Both the position numbers and the translations under genes were made by a program. The notes below the pieces were generated by a model, which worked only from the letters and a program-made list of their open reading frames with translations, did not search any database and had not been told where the DNA came from. A DNA stretch of 32,000 bases from Zymomonas mobilis subsp. mobilis ATCC 10988 (GTDB lineage Bacteria; Pseudomonadota; Alphaproteobacteria; Sphingomonadales; Sphingomonadaceae), in NCBI RefSeq assembly GCF_000175255.2, contig NC_017262.1:1320001-1352000 (forward strand). Direction: 5' to 3'. Positions 24,446 to 32,000 of the stretch are shown piece by piece. How positions within the stretch are numbered: the stretch's first letter is position 1; every line of letters starts with the position of its first letter.

Positions 24446-24835
24446 ATGAGTTATTCACCTTTTTCACGGGCTGCAGCCCGATATCGGGATGTAGATATTG
24501 ATTCAAAGGTAATGAATGCAACGCCTCATGGGTTGATTACATTGCTGTATGAAGAGTTGATCCGTGAATTTAATGTTTATAAATCGGCCTTGGAACAGGG
24601 CGATCGGGAAAAACGCTATCAAGCACAGGCAAAGATTTTTCGTCTGATTGGTAACCTTGAAAGTTCTCTGGATTTTGAAAAGGGGGGCGAAGTCGCAAGA
24701 AGCCTCTTTCGGAGTTATGCTTATATAAGACATAATTTTGGACAGACGATTAAGACTTTAGATCCTGTGCCGCTGAAAGACGCCCAAAAAGCTGTTGCTG
24801 ATTTGCTTTCTGCTTGGACAGAAATCGGTCAGTAG
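24446..24835 (+). CDS. fliS: flagellin-specific export chaperone FliS
   Basis: 129 aa with ATPHGLITLLYEELIRE (the FliS signature A.P..LI.LLYE). Lies immediately downstream of fliD. Confidence 0.92.
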   Translation: MSYSPFSRAAARYRDVDIDSKVMNATPHGLITLLYEELIREFNVYKSALEQGDREKRYQAQAKIFRLIGNLESSLDFEKGGEVARSLFRSYAYIRHNFGQTIKTLDPVPLKDAQKAVADLLSAWTEIGQ

Positions 24836-24863
24836 CGCTTGATTAACAAGATAATTTTGTAAT

Positions 24864-24897
24864 AAAAAGGCTCACTTCTAATGAAGTGAGCCTTTTT
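24864..24897. terminator. bidirectional rho-independent terminator between fliS (+) and the permease gene (-)
   Basis: AAAAAGGCTCACTTC-taat-GAAGTGAGCCTTTTT: a perfect stem (10-bp GC core plus A5/T5 arms) that reads as a terminator on both strands. Confidence 0.9.
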
Positions 24898-24927
24898 ATA
24901 TTTTAGAGAGAATGTGTCCGCGGCTCT

Positions 24928-25998
24928 TTAGCCTTCATTTAAATGGGGCGGGTCTGCAATATCGCGCCATATCATAATCAGGACGGCCATCAGTGCAGGA
25001 CCTAGGAATAAGCCCAATAATCCAAAAGTTTCTATGCCACCAAGAATTCCGATTAGAACCCATAAAAAAGGTAATCGGGTTGCACCACCGATAAGAATCG
25101 GGCGTACTACGTGATCGGCAATCATCAGAATTAACATTCCTAGAGCAACAACTGTAATCGCTGCCCCTATATGACCTTGTGAGGCCAAAATAGCCGCAAC
25201 AATACAAAACATAACTGGTGCACAAAAAGGAATAATGGCTGCAATAGCTGTCATTCCTCCAAACATAACAGCGTGAGGTGTGCCGGTAAAAACATAAATG
25301 ATGCCCAGCAGAACGCCTTCGCCCAGTCCAACCAGCACCAGCCCGTCTAACGTGCCACGAACAGATAAAACAACTTGGTGGGCAAAACGCTCCATATCCG
25401 GACCCATTAAACGACGACTAACATTCAAGAACATTTTTTGTAATTCAGAGCCCGAACGAAAAAGAAAAAAGAGGCTCATCAGTGTAAAAAAGAAAGTGGT
25501 AATACGTCTTGCTACATTCATGCCGAAAGCACGGCTATGGTTAATTACATTCCCATTTAATAGCTGATGCAGCGATATCTGGCTGCCATCAGAAGAAGGC
25601 GCAAAAAACTGGTGCCATTTATTAACAAGATTCCCACCAAAAAAAGGTATCCTGCCAAGCCAGTCTGGGGGTGCTGTATCCTGATTTTTTAAATCTTGGA
25701 AAAAATGAATAGCAGCCTGAAAATCATTCATGATTTCAAATGCAAAAAATAATAGCGGCAAAATAAGTGTGACACCAATTGCAAGGGTTGCCAAAGCTGG
25801 TGCCAGTATTTTTTCATGTTTTGATCCCATGGACTCTTTGAGTTTGAGCCATAGCGGCCAAAAGGCAATGGCAATCACAATACTCCAGATCAGAGCCGGC
25901 CAAAAATGACGGATTGTCCATAGTCCTAAGCCTATAATGCCCGCAAAAAAAATAAATCTAAAAGTATATTGAGGCCGGCTTGCCATATTGAAATCCAT
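24928..25998 (-). CDS. AI-2E/PerM (YhhT/TqsA) family membrane transporter
   Basis: 356-aa polytopic membrane protein. The C-terminal half has the family-typical Gly-rich helices (LVLVGLGEGVLLGIIYVFTGTPHAVMFGGMTAIAAIIPFCAP...IADHVVRPILIG...LPFLWVLIGILGGIETFGLLGLFLGP). Confidence 0.8.
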   Translation of the reverse strand: MDFNMASRPQYTFRFIFFAGIIGLGLWTIRHFWPALIWSIVIAIAFWPLWLKLKESMGSKHEKILAPALATLAIGVTLILPLLFFAFEIMNDFQAAIHFFQDLKNQDTAPPDWLGRIPFFGGNLVNKWHQFFAPSSDGSQISLHQLLNGNVINHSRAFGMNVARRITTFFFTLMSLFFLFRSGSELQKMFLNVSRRLMGPDMERFAHQVVLSVRGTLDGLVLVGLGEGVLLGIIYVFTGTPHAVMFGGMTAIAAIIPFCAPVMFCIVAAILASQGHIGAAITVVALGMLILMIADHVVRPILIGGATRLPFLWVLIGILGGIETFGLLGLFLGPALMAVLIMIWRDIADPPHLNEG

Positions 25999-26046
25999 AT
26001 GAGAGATAAAAAATCAGTAAATTTTTATATAATTTATATTAGTAAT

Positions 26047-29000
26047 TTATTTATTACTTTCTGTCTGGACATGACCTGACCTTTCCAATTTGTCCCATCC
26101 GACCTTGGGGCCTCGGATAGCTTGTGTTAAGGCTTTAATGACAACATAATACATTATCTGACGATAACCGATCCGTTGTGGAATCAAGAGCCATAATAGA
26201 GACCATTTCTCTTTCCGCTCCAAGGCAAAAGCGACGACTCCAGACATTAAATCGATAAGTGTAAAAACGCTCCAGTAAGCCGCCATTTTTTGGAGATCGT
26301 CCCCTTGTTGCACCCAGCCATGTTGATAGACTGCGAAAACAGTAGCCATAATGCTGATAACTAAAGCAAGGTCGATAATAGGCGATATAGTTGCGAACCC
26401 GATTTGAAAGATTAGAGATTGTGGCAGCCCTATATAAGCCAATCCTTTCGGGCGGCGATTTTTGATAATCGACCAGTGTTTCCAAAGACATTGCAATGTT
26501 CCAAAAGCCCAGCGGAAACGTTGACGTGCAAGAGCTCGAATGGTTTCTGGCGCTTCTGTCCAAGCAACAGCATAGGGATCATAACGTACTGCCCAATCAT
26601 GTTCTTGGATAATAATGGTTAAATCTTGATCTTCAGCCAAAGTTTGATCAGGGAAACCTCCAACCTGACGCAGAGTCTCTGCCCGCCATGCCCCGACGGC
26701 ACCGGGCACAACCGTCATAGCATTTAAAAGAACCGTTGCTCGTCTCTCAAGATTTTGAGCTGTGATATATTCTAGTGCTTGCCAACGTGTGATCAGATTA
26801 ATCCGATTGCCAACTTTGGCATTACCAGCAACTGCTCCTAATTTTGGATCAGAGAACCATCGCGTTAGACGGGCAATTGTCCGTGGCTCAAAATGCGTAT
26901 CTGCATCAAGAGCTATAATAATTTCACCTTTCGCTTTTTGAACGCCGTGGTTCAATGCGCGCGCTTTCCCGCCATTGGAAAGCCGGATAAGCTGAACACG
27001 AGGATCATCAGCAAATTGGCTTTCAACAATTTGAGAACTGTTATCGGTAGAGCCATCATCAATAACAATTACCTCGATATTATTAACCTCAGCACTGGCT
27101 AGGACACGCCGGATAGAGGCTTCAATAACAGCTTCTTCATTAAAGGCGGGGATAAGCACACTGATAGTGCGATCTGGATCGATAGGTGGGAAAATTAGCC
27201 GATTTTCTTTCCGTGCTTGGATGATCGAAAAAGCGGAAAGAAATAAAGCACGCAAAATACCCAAGGTGATTGCAATTGCGAATATCCACCGAAGCGCAAT
27301 AACGGAGGCCCCAAGGCAAGAAAAAAGAGCAAAATTCCATCTTGCTGAAACGCGTTCAACCGGACTCAAGGGGGGCATCGCATCGTCACGTTTGAGATTG
27401 ATAAGATCTGAAACTAAAACCAGTTTATAGCCATTTGCCCGTAATTGATGAATGATATCAGGCAGAGCTGCTATGGTTTGTGTGCGATCACCACCAGAAT
27501 CATGTAAAAGAACGATCTGGGCACTATGCTGGCTAGTTGCCTGTTTGACCTGTTCCATAACTCTCTCAATGATCTCATCCTTTTTTGGCCGTTGCCAGTC
27601 ATTGGGGTCAACATGGAGTCCAACAGAAAGATAGCCCAATTTTTGCGCCGCATAGACGGGATCAATCTCGTCGGCTGTTGTCGGTTCAGCATCTCCGAAA
27701 AAAGGAGCGCGAAAAAGGCGCAATGAATGTCCGGTAAAAGCTTGGAAAAGGCGTTGAGTAGCATTAACTTCAATAATTGTACTATTGGCGCTGGCCATAC
27801 CCAAATTAGGATGGGTATAGGTATGATTACCTACTTCATGGCCTTCTTTTATTTCTCGTAATAATAAGTTGCGATTGGTAAGCGCATTTTCACCGATAAT
27901 GAAGAAGGTCGCTGGTGCATGTTCCTTTTTCAAAATATCGAGAATTTTAGGTGTCCATTTCTGGTCAGGGCCGTCATCAAAAGTTAAAGCAATCATGCCC
28001 GGACGATAACCCGCCCGTTCAATAGCATAGGGAAGGGGAATAGAGGAGAATCTTTCATCCGTAATTAGACCTTCTTTGTCGAGGTCAATTTGGCGCTCTC
28101 CTGCAACTGGACGACTGGCAACTCTTAGGACTTCTCCTGTGCCTTCGATATCAACTTCAGTACCTGCTGGAATATGACTTAATGCCTTGACGGGATCAGC
28201 AACTATTGCTGTGTCATTAGCACCATTATGGATTAAATGACCTTTCCCAAAAATATTCCACAGTGACGGATCTTCTGAACCAAGACGCCATAAGGCTAGA
28301 GCATTGAATCCCAGATGGTGCGACATTTTAGTCTGGTTATAAAAACTGACAGCATCTAGCATCCACACATCATGTAAAATACCGGCTTCACTATAAGAAA
28401 AATGCGTGTTTCCAGTCTCCTTATCAAAGACTGGAACTGTCCCTGATTCATGTGCGGTAAGCCATGCCTGTTCGATAGATATAGCATCGGTATCGCTACC
28501 TTTTTTCCAATTATAGGCATATGAGCCTAAGGCAACGATCACTTTCTCTGGTGGTAGATTTTGGGTGGCTTGTTCTACAACATCAAGAAACCAGTCATTT
28601 GAGGCAATTGCGCCCGGTTCACCTTCTGGATAATGTTCATCGTAAGCCATTAAAATGAGTTTATCGCTTACATTAGCAACGGCTGATAAATTCCATGCCT
28701 CATCGGCAACAGGCACGGCGACGGTCAAAATCCAATGATGCGCAGAAAAACGATCGTGGGTTTCTTTTAGAAGTTGTAAATAAAAAGGCAGTGTTTGCTT
28801 GTTCAGAGATTCAAAGTCAAAAACAGCGCCGTCAGCCTGATTCTTAACTAAAAATTTTTCAATATTATTAAGAAATTGTAGTCGTGCAGCTGGGTCTCGC
28901 ATTAAAATAGCTGCATTTTTGCCATCCCATTCGCCATTACTAACATTTTGCACCATAGGCAAAATTTTAGGTTTCTGCTTGGCATTATTGATAATCGCAT

Positions 29001-29427
29001 GACCTTGGGGATCCGGGAATTCTGTCCAGTGATGGTCTGCTCCTGTAACAGATAGCCAGCCTGGCGATAGCCAGTCAATGTCATTGATGTGCCGTGACAG
29101 TGATGCAATGCTGGCATCATCCCACGGCGTATAGAAGGCCATGCTCAAAGTATCTTTTAGAGGCTTAGGAGGTGTTTTTACTAAACCAATACGAGATAAA
29201 GCCCGATGAAAATTGATACGCGTGTGGGATGTAATCCCGTTAGGCTGTGCTTTGATGGGGGCGCGGCCAATAGAAAAAGGTAAATTTTGCCCGATTGACG
29301 GAATCGCAACTGTCGCAAAAAGGGTTGCTATAGCTAAAAAGAGTAAAGCAAAAAAAGCAACGATTGCGAGAGCAAAACGCCTTCTTCTTTTCCCTGATGA
29401 ATCATAAAATACTGGTTTTTTGTTCAT
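26047..29427 (-). CDS. 1126-aa fusion: N-terminal TM anchor + GH18-like domain + CE4/NodB polysaccharide deacetylase + processive family-2 glycosyltransferase (PgaC/IcaA/NodC-like) with C-terminal TM helices
   Basis: GH18-like ADGAVFDFES (DG.D.D.E pattern with the Glu retained), nt ~28808-28837. All five CE4 motifs are present: TFDDGP (nt ~27968-27985), HTYTH, RAPFF, DPNDW, IVLLHD. GT2 motifs: VLIPAFNEE, VIDDGSTDNS, ALDADT, AEDQDL, QRFRW (nt ~26509-26530). Confidence 0.88.
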   Translation of the reverse strand: MNKKPVFYDSSGKRRRRFALAIVAFFALLFLAIATLFATVAIPSIGQNLPFSIGRAPIKAQPNGITSHTRINFHRALSRIGLVKTPPKPLKDTLSMAFYTPWDDASIASLSRHINDIDWLSPGWLSVTGADHHWTEFPDPQGHAIINNAKQKPKILPMVQNVSNGEWDGKNAAILMRDPAARLQFLNNIEKFLVKNQADGAVFDFESLNKQTLPFYLQLLKETHDRFSAHHWILTVAVPVADEAWNLSAVANVSDKLILMAYDEHYPEGEPGAIASNDWFLDVVEQATQNLPPEKVIVALGSYAYNWKKGSDTDAISIEQAWLTAHESGTVPVFDKETGNTHFSYSEAGILHDVWMLDAVSFYNQTKMSHHLGFNALALWRLGSEDPSLWNIFGKGHLIHNGANDTAIVADPVKALSHIPAGTEVDIEGTGEVLRVASRPVAGERQIDLDKEGLITDERFSSIPLPYAIERAGYRPGMIALTFDDGPDQKWTPKILDILKKEHAPATFFIIGENALTNRNLLLREIKEGHEVGNHTYTHPNLGMASANSTIIEVNATQRLFQAFTGHSLRLFRAPFFGDAEPTTADEIDPVYAAQKLGYLSVGLHVDPNDWQRPKKDEIIERVMEQVKQATSQHSAQIVLLHDSGGDRTQTIAALPDIIHQLRANGYKLVLVSDLINLKRDDAMPPLSPVERVSARWNFALFSCLGASVIALRWIFAIAITLGILRALFLSAFSIIQARKENRLIFPPIDPDRTISVLIPAFNEEAVIEASIRRVLASAEVNNIEVIVIDDGSTDNSSQIVESQFADDPRVQLIRLSNGGKARALNHGVQKAKGEIIIALDADTHFEPRTIARLTRWFSDPKLGAVAGNAKVGNRINLITRWQALEYITAQNLERRATVLLNAMTVVPGAVGAWRAETLRQVGGFPDQTLAEDQDLTIIIQEHDWAVRYDPYAVAWTEAPETIRALARQRFRWAFGTLQCLWKHWSIIKNRRPKGLAYIGLPQSLIFQIGFATISPIIDLALVISIMATVFAVYQHGWVQQGDDLQKMAAYWSVFTLIDLMSGVVAFALERKEKWSLLWLLIPQRIGYRQIMYYVVIKALTQAIRGPKVGWDKLERSGHVQTESNK

Positions 29428-29578
29428 ATTTTTATTTCACGCGCATCTTTTTAATAAAAATGATACGTTCTTATAAGATAAATGATGTATCGGAAATTGA
29501 TGGATTTCTATAGAAAATCTTTATGCAATTTGGTGACGAAAAGGAACTGGCAGGTTGTTTCTTCAGAATTTTTTAAAA

Positions 29579-31159
29579 ATGTCATTATCCCCTTTAAAAA
29601 CAAAGACAACCATTCTTTCTCTTATTTTTTCTTTGTTCCCTGTATCGCAAAGTTACGCTTTTGTTCCCCAAACATCGAGTAATTCTAAAAATGAAAGCGT
29701 AGCAGCCACCAAAATAGAAGAAGCCAAAGGCAATATGCCTCGTTTGCGTATGCTTGTGTCTGCTTTTCCTAAAGGCGGCGATCTTCATCACCATTTGGCT
29801 GGCGCTATTGATGCAGAAACAATGCTTCAATGGGCTGGAGATCAAAATTTATGCATTGATACTATAAAGCTATCTGTAATTCCGTCCCCTTGTGACGCGG
29901 CTGTGAATAAAAAGCTAGCAAAAAATCTGGAGCGCCAAGATCCGATTCTATGGAATAAGTTAATAGATGTTTTCTCGATGCGGAATTATCATTTTGATGT
30001 TGCCGCTGGAGAACATTCTGGTCACGATCATTTTTTCTCTAGCTTTTTTCATTTTGCAGCAGCCTTAGATAATAATTTTGGCCGGATGATTGCCTATAGC
30101 CGTCGTGATGCAGCGGCGAATAACCTGCTCTATATTGAAACGATGCAGAATCCGAAGGTGGTGTCGACTTTTGCACGAAGTGTTTTGCAAGACGCAAAAG
30201 GCAAAAATTCGCCGGAGGATTTATGGAAAGTCGTGAAAAATCGTCTTCCGGCGGCGGTAGCGGCAGCAAAGGCTGAAACCACGGAAGCGGAGGCGCAATC
30301 TCGTCAGATATTACAATGCGATGGTCGCCAGCCAGATCCTGCTTGTTCGGTTACAATGCGTTATATGGTTTATGCTGTACGAGCGATGCCGCCTGAAATG
30401 GTTTTTGCGCAATTAGCGTTGGGTTTTGCCTTGGCGCATAGTGATCCAAGATGGGTCGGGGTGAATATTGTCGCACCAGAGGACGGTGCGGTTTCTATGC
30501 AAGATTATGACCTACATATGCAGTTTTTCCGTTTTTTAAGGCAGTTATATCCTGATGTAAAAATCACACTCCATGCAGGTGAGCTGGCTTTACCATTAGT
30601 GCCTACTGCCGGTTTGAGAGATCATATCCGGAAAGCGGTTTTTGTTGCAGGTGCTGACCGTATCGGTCACGGAATTGATATTGGATCAGAAATGAATCCG
30701 GTCGAAATTTTGCATCATATGGCTGAACGTCCTGTGCCAGTTGAAATCAATTTATCCAGCAATGATGCTATCTTGAATATCAAGGGTAATCAGCATCCTT
30801 TTGCTCTTTATCGTCAGTATAATGTACCTGTCGTTATTTCGACGGATGATGCCGGTGTCTCTCGTAATGATCTGACCACGGAATATATGCGAGCGATAGA
30901 AGAGCAACATGTTTCTTATAGTGACTTGAAAAAGCTTTCCCGTGACAGTTTGGAATATGCTTTCTTGTCAGGAGAAAGCTTATGGCAGAAAAATACGGGG
31001 GAGAGCGTGAAGCCTGTCTGTAATGGTATAGCATTTACAGCTATGCCCCAAGGCAAATGCGCTGATTTCTTGGTAAAGAATGACAAAGCTGCCTTGCAGT
31101 GGAAATTGGAAGCAGCCTTTATTCGTTATGAAGAACAGGTCAGGGAAGGGGCTTTATAA
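29579..31159 (+). CDS. secreted adenosine/adenine-nucleoside deaminase family protein (long ADA2/ADGF-like form)
   Basis: Signal-peptide-like MSLSPLKTKTTILSLIFSLFPVSQSYA-F. Metal/catalytic motifs FPKGGDLHHHLAGA, TLHAGE, IGHGIDI, VISTDDAGVSRNDL. ATG 29579 is preferred over the track's TTG 29555. Confidence 0.8.
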   Translation: MSLSPLKTKTTILSLIFSLFPVSQSYAFVPQTSSNSKNESVAATKIEEAKGNMPRLRMLVSAFPKGGDLHHHLAGAIDAETMLQWAGDQNLCIDTIKLSVIPSPCDAAVNKKLAKNLERQDPILWNKLIDVFSMRNYHFDVAAGEHSGHDHFFSSFFHFAAALDNNFGRMIAYSRRDAAANNLLYIETMQNPKVVSTFARSVLQDAKGKNSPEDLWKVVKNRLPAAVAAAKAETTEAEAQSRQILQCDGRQPDPACSVTMRYMVYAVRAMPPEMVFAQLALGFALAHSDPRWVGVNIVAPEDGAVSMQDYDLHMQFFRFLRQLYPDVKITLHAGELALPLVPTAGLRDHIRKAVFVAGADRIGHGIDIGSEMNPVEILHHMAERPVPVEINLSSNDAILNIKGNQHPFALYRQYNVPVVISTDDAGVSRNDLTTEYMRAIEEQHVSYSDLKKLSRDSLEYAFLSGESLWQKNTGESVKPVCNGIAFTAMPQGKCADFLVKNDKAALQWKLEAAFIRYEEQVREGAL

Positions 31160-31179
31160 GTTAAGGCAATTTTTTCGGA

Positions 31180-31671
31180 CTAGGTTATGTTGACAAAGAA
31201 AGGTAACCACAATTTTACGGCCGCGAGATGAAGGAAGGCGAGAAAAGATTTTCTGGTTTTGTCATAGCGTGTGGCAATGCGCCTGAACTGCTTTAGCTTA
31301 TTAAACATCCGCTCAATACGATTACGATCTTTGTAGTGCTGGAGATTATAAGGAATAGGCTTTTTTCGATTGGAACGAGGCGGGATAACAGGAAGAATGC
31401 CTCGAAAAAGCAGTTTTTCGCGTAACCTATCGCTATCATATCCTTTATCAGCGAGAAAACAGTGGGGTGTTGTGACAGGGATATCGATCAAGCTATCAGC
31501 GCCAGAATAATCAGAGACCTCACCACCGGTTAGTGCGAAAGCTAGAGGGCGGCCTTGACCATCGGAACGGGCGTGGATCTTGCTCGTAAAGCCTCCGCGG
31601 CTGCGACCAAAGCCTTCCTTATACGTCCCCCTTTTGCGCCAGCCGCTTGGCTGTGGGCGCGAATAATCGTA
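31180..31671 (-). CDS. IS5-family transposase OrfB frame, expressed as an OrfAB fusion by -1 frameshift (~259 aa by my count)
   Basis: The -1 frame is open from 31671. The slippery site A-AAA-G lies at 31631-31635 (minus strand), followed by GGGG. After the shift it reads RGTYKEGFGRSRGGFTSKIHARSDGQGRPLAFALTGGEVSD...FLADKGYDSDRLRE...YKDRNRIERMFNKLKQFRRIATRYDK, which carries the DDE Asp2 and Glu signatures. Confidence 0.85.
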   Translation of the reverse strand, partial: YDYSRPQPSGWRKRGTYKEGFGRSRGGFTSKIHARSDGQGRPLAFALTGGEVSDYSGADSLIDIPVTTPHCFLADKGYDSDRLREKLLFRGILPVIPPRSNRKKPIPYNLQHYKDRNRIERMFNKLKQFRRIATRYDKTRKSFLAFLHLAAVKLWLPFFVNIT

Positions 31672-31958
31672 CTATCTATCATATGTTGCCAGTCATCTGT
31701 CAGGCCAAGGTCAACGAGAGTTTCAAGAAGAGCGTCCCACACACCCTGTTCTGCCCACCTACGAAACCGAACATAGACCGAATTCCATTTCCCATAACGT
31801 TCATGCATATCTCGCCACGGGCAGCCTGTTCGAAGCACATAAAGCATACCATTGAGAAATAACCGATTACTTTTGGCGGGACGCGCGCAGCGGCCTCGTT
31901 CGCTTGGAAGAAGACCCTGTATTATCTCCCACTCCGCGTCCGTCAGATCTCCTCGCAT
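31542..31958 (-). CDS. IS5-family transposase OrfA (N-terminal DNA-binding part, includes the first DDE Asp region)
   Basis: LTDAEWEIIQGLLP...RLFLNGMLYVLRTGCPWRDMHERYGKWNSVYVRFRRWAEQGVW...IDSTIIRAH is the typical DUF4096/IS5 N-terminal signature. The frame ends shortly after the A-AAA-G site. Confidence 0.88.
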   Translation of the reverse strand: MRGDLTDAEWEIIQGLLPSERGRCARPAKSNRLFLNGMLYVLRTGCPWRDMHERYGKWNSVYVRFRRWAEQGVWDALLETLVDLGLTDDWQHMIDSTIIRAHSQAAGAKGGRIRKALVAAAEALRARSTPVPMVKAAL

Positions 31959-32000
31959 CCTATCTACCCTACAAAACTTGTTCTCAAGTTATCTCTAAAA

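Larger units (their letters stand above)
31163..31990 (-). mobile_element. IS5-family insertion sequence (IS427-group-like, two-ORF frameshifted transposase); ends only approximate
   Basis: Contains orfA/orfB (next two features). The element starts within a few nt of the deaminase stop codon. Terminal complementarity is only weak (…AGGCAATTTTTT… at ~31164 versus the reverse complement of …AAAACTTGTTCTC at ~31973-31985), so the boundaries and target duplication are unresolved, and the right end may be clipped by the window edge. Confidence 0.75.

Noticed and set aside
26135-26563. 142-aa minus-strand alternative-frame ORF
   Set aside because: It lies inside the GT2/TM region of the 1126-aa synthase gene in another frame. 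There is no independent support.
1-32000. Search for CRISPR arrays, tRNA/rRNA genes and long direct repeats
   Set aside because: No regularly spaced repeats, cloverleaf-compatible intergenic segments or rRNA-like sequence were seen. All sizeable gaps are AT-rich promoter or terminator regions.

Overview
About 0.6-24.9 kb of the window is one contiguous flagellar gene region. The host is a proteobacterium with AT-rich intergenic DNA. Gene order and composition remind me of Zymomonas/Sphingomonadales, but that is inference only.

Gene order:
- a small unknown ORF
- sigma-54 promoter, flhA, flhG(fleN), fliA
- two paralogous GT-A-like glycosyltransferase genes
- flagellin, on the opposite strand
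- a ~640-700 bp regulatory gap
- sigma-54 promoter, a FleQ/FlbD-class activator, fliE-F-G-H-I-J-K-L-M-N-O-P-Q-R, flhB. This block is ~15 kb with mostly overlapping or abutting stop/start junctions, so it is probably one transcript.
- fliD, fliS, terminator

The last ~7 kb is accessory:
- an AI-2E/PerM-family permease
- a 1126-aa GH18-like + CE4 deacetylase + GT2 synthase fusion
- a signal-peptide-bearing ADA2/ADGF-like adenosine deaminase
- an IS5-family (IS427-group-like) insertion sequence with an A-AAA-G -1 frameshift site

I saw no rRNA, tRNA or CRISPR.

Most worth following up:
1. The AT-rich pair of small GT-A-like genes wedged between fliA and flagellin, together with Ser/Thr-rich tracts in flagellin and FliD. 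This is a candidate, uncharacterised flagellar glycosylation module.
2. A C8 homopolymer inside the flagellin variable region.
3. Two near-perfect sigma-54 promoters, each preceded by a 10-bp perfect CGTCA...TGACG-type inverted repeat.
4. FlhG present with no FlhF beside it.
5. The three-domain polysaccharide synthase/deacetylase/hydrolase fusion.

All functional calls come from motifs read in the translated ORFs. No database search was possible.
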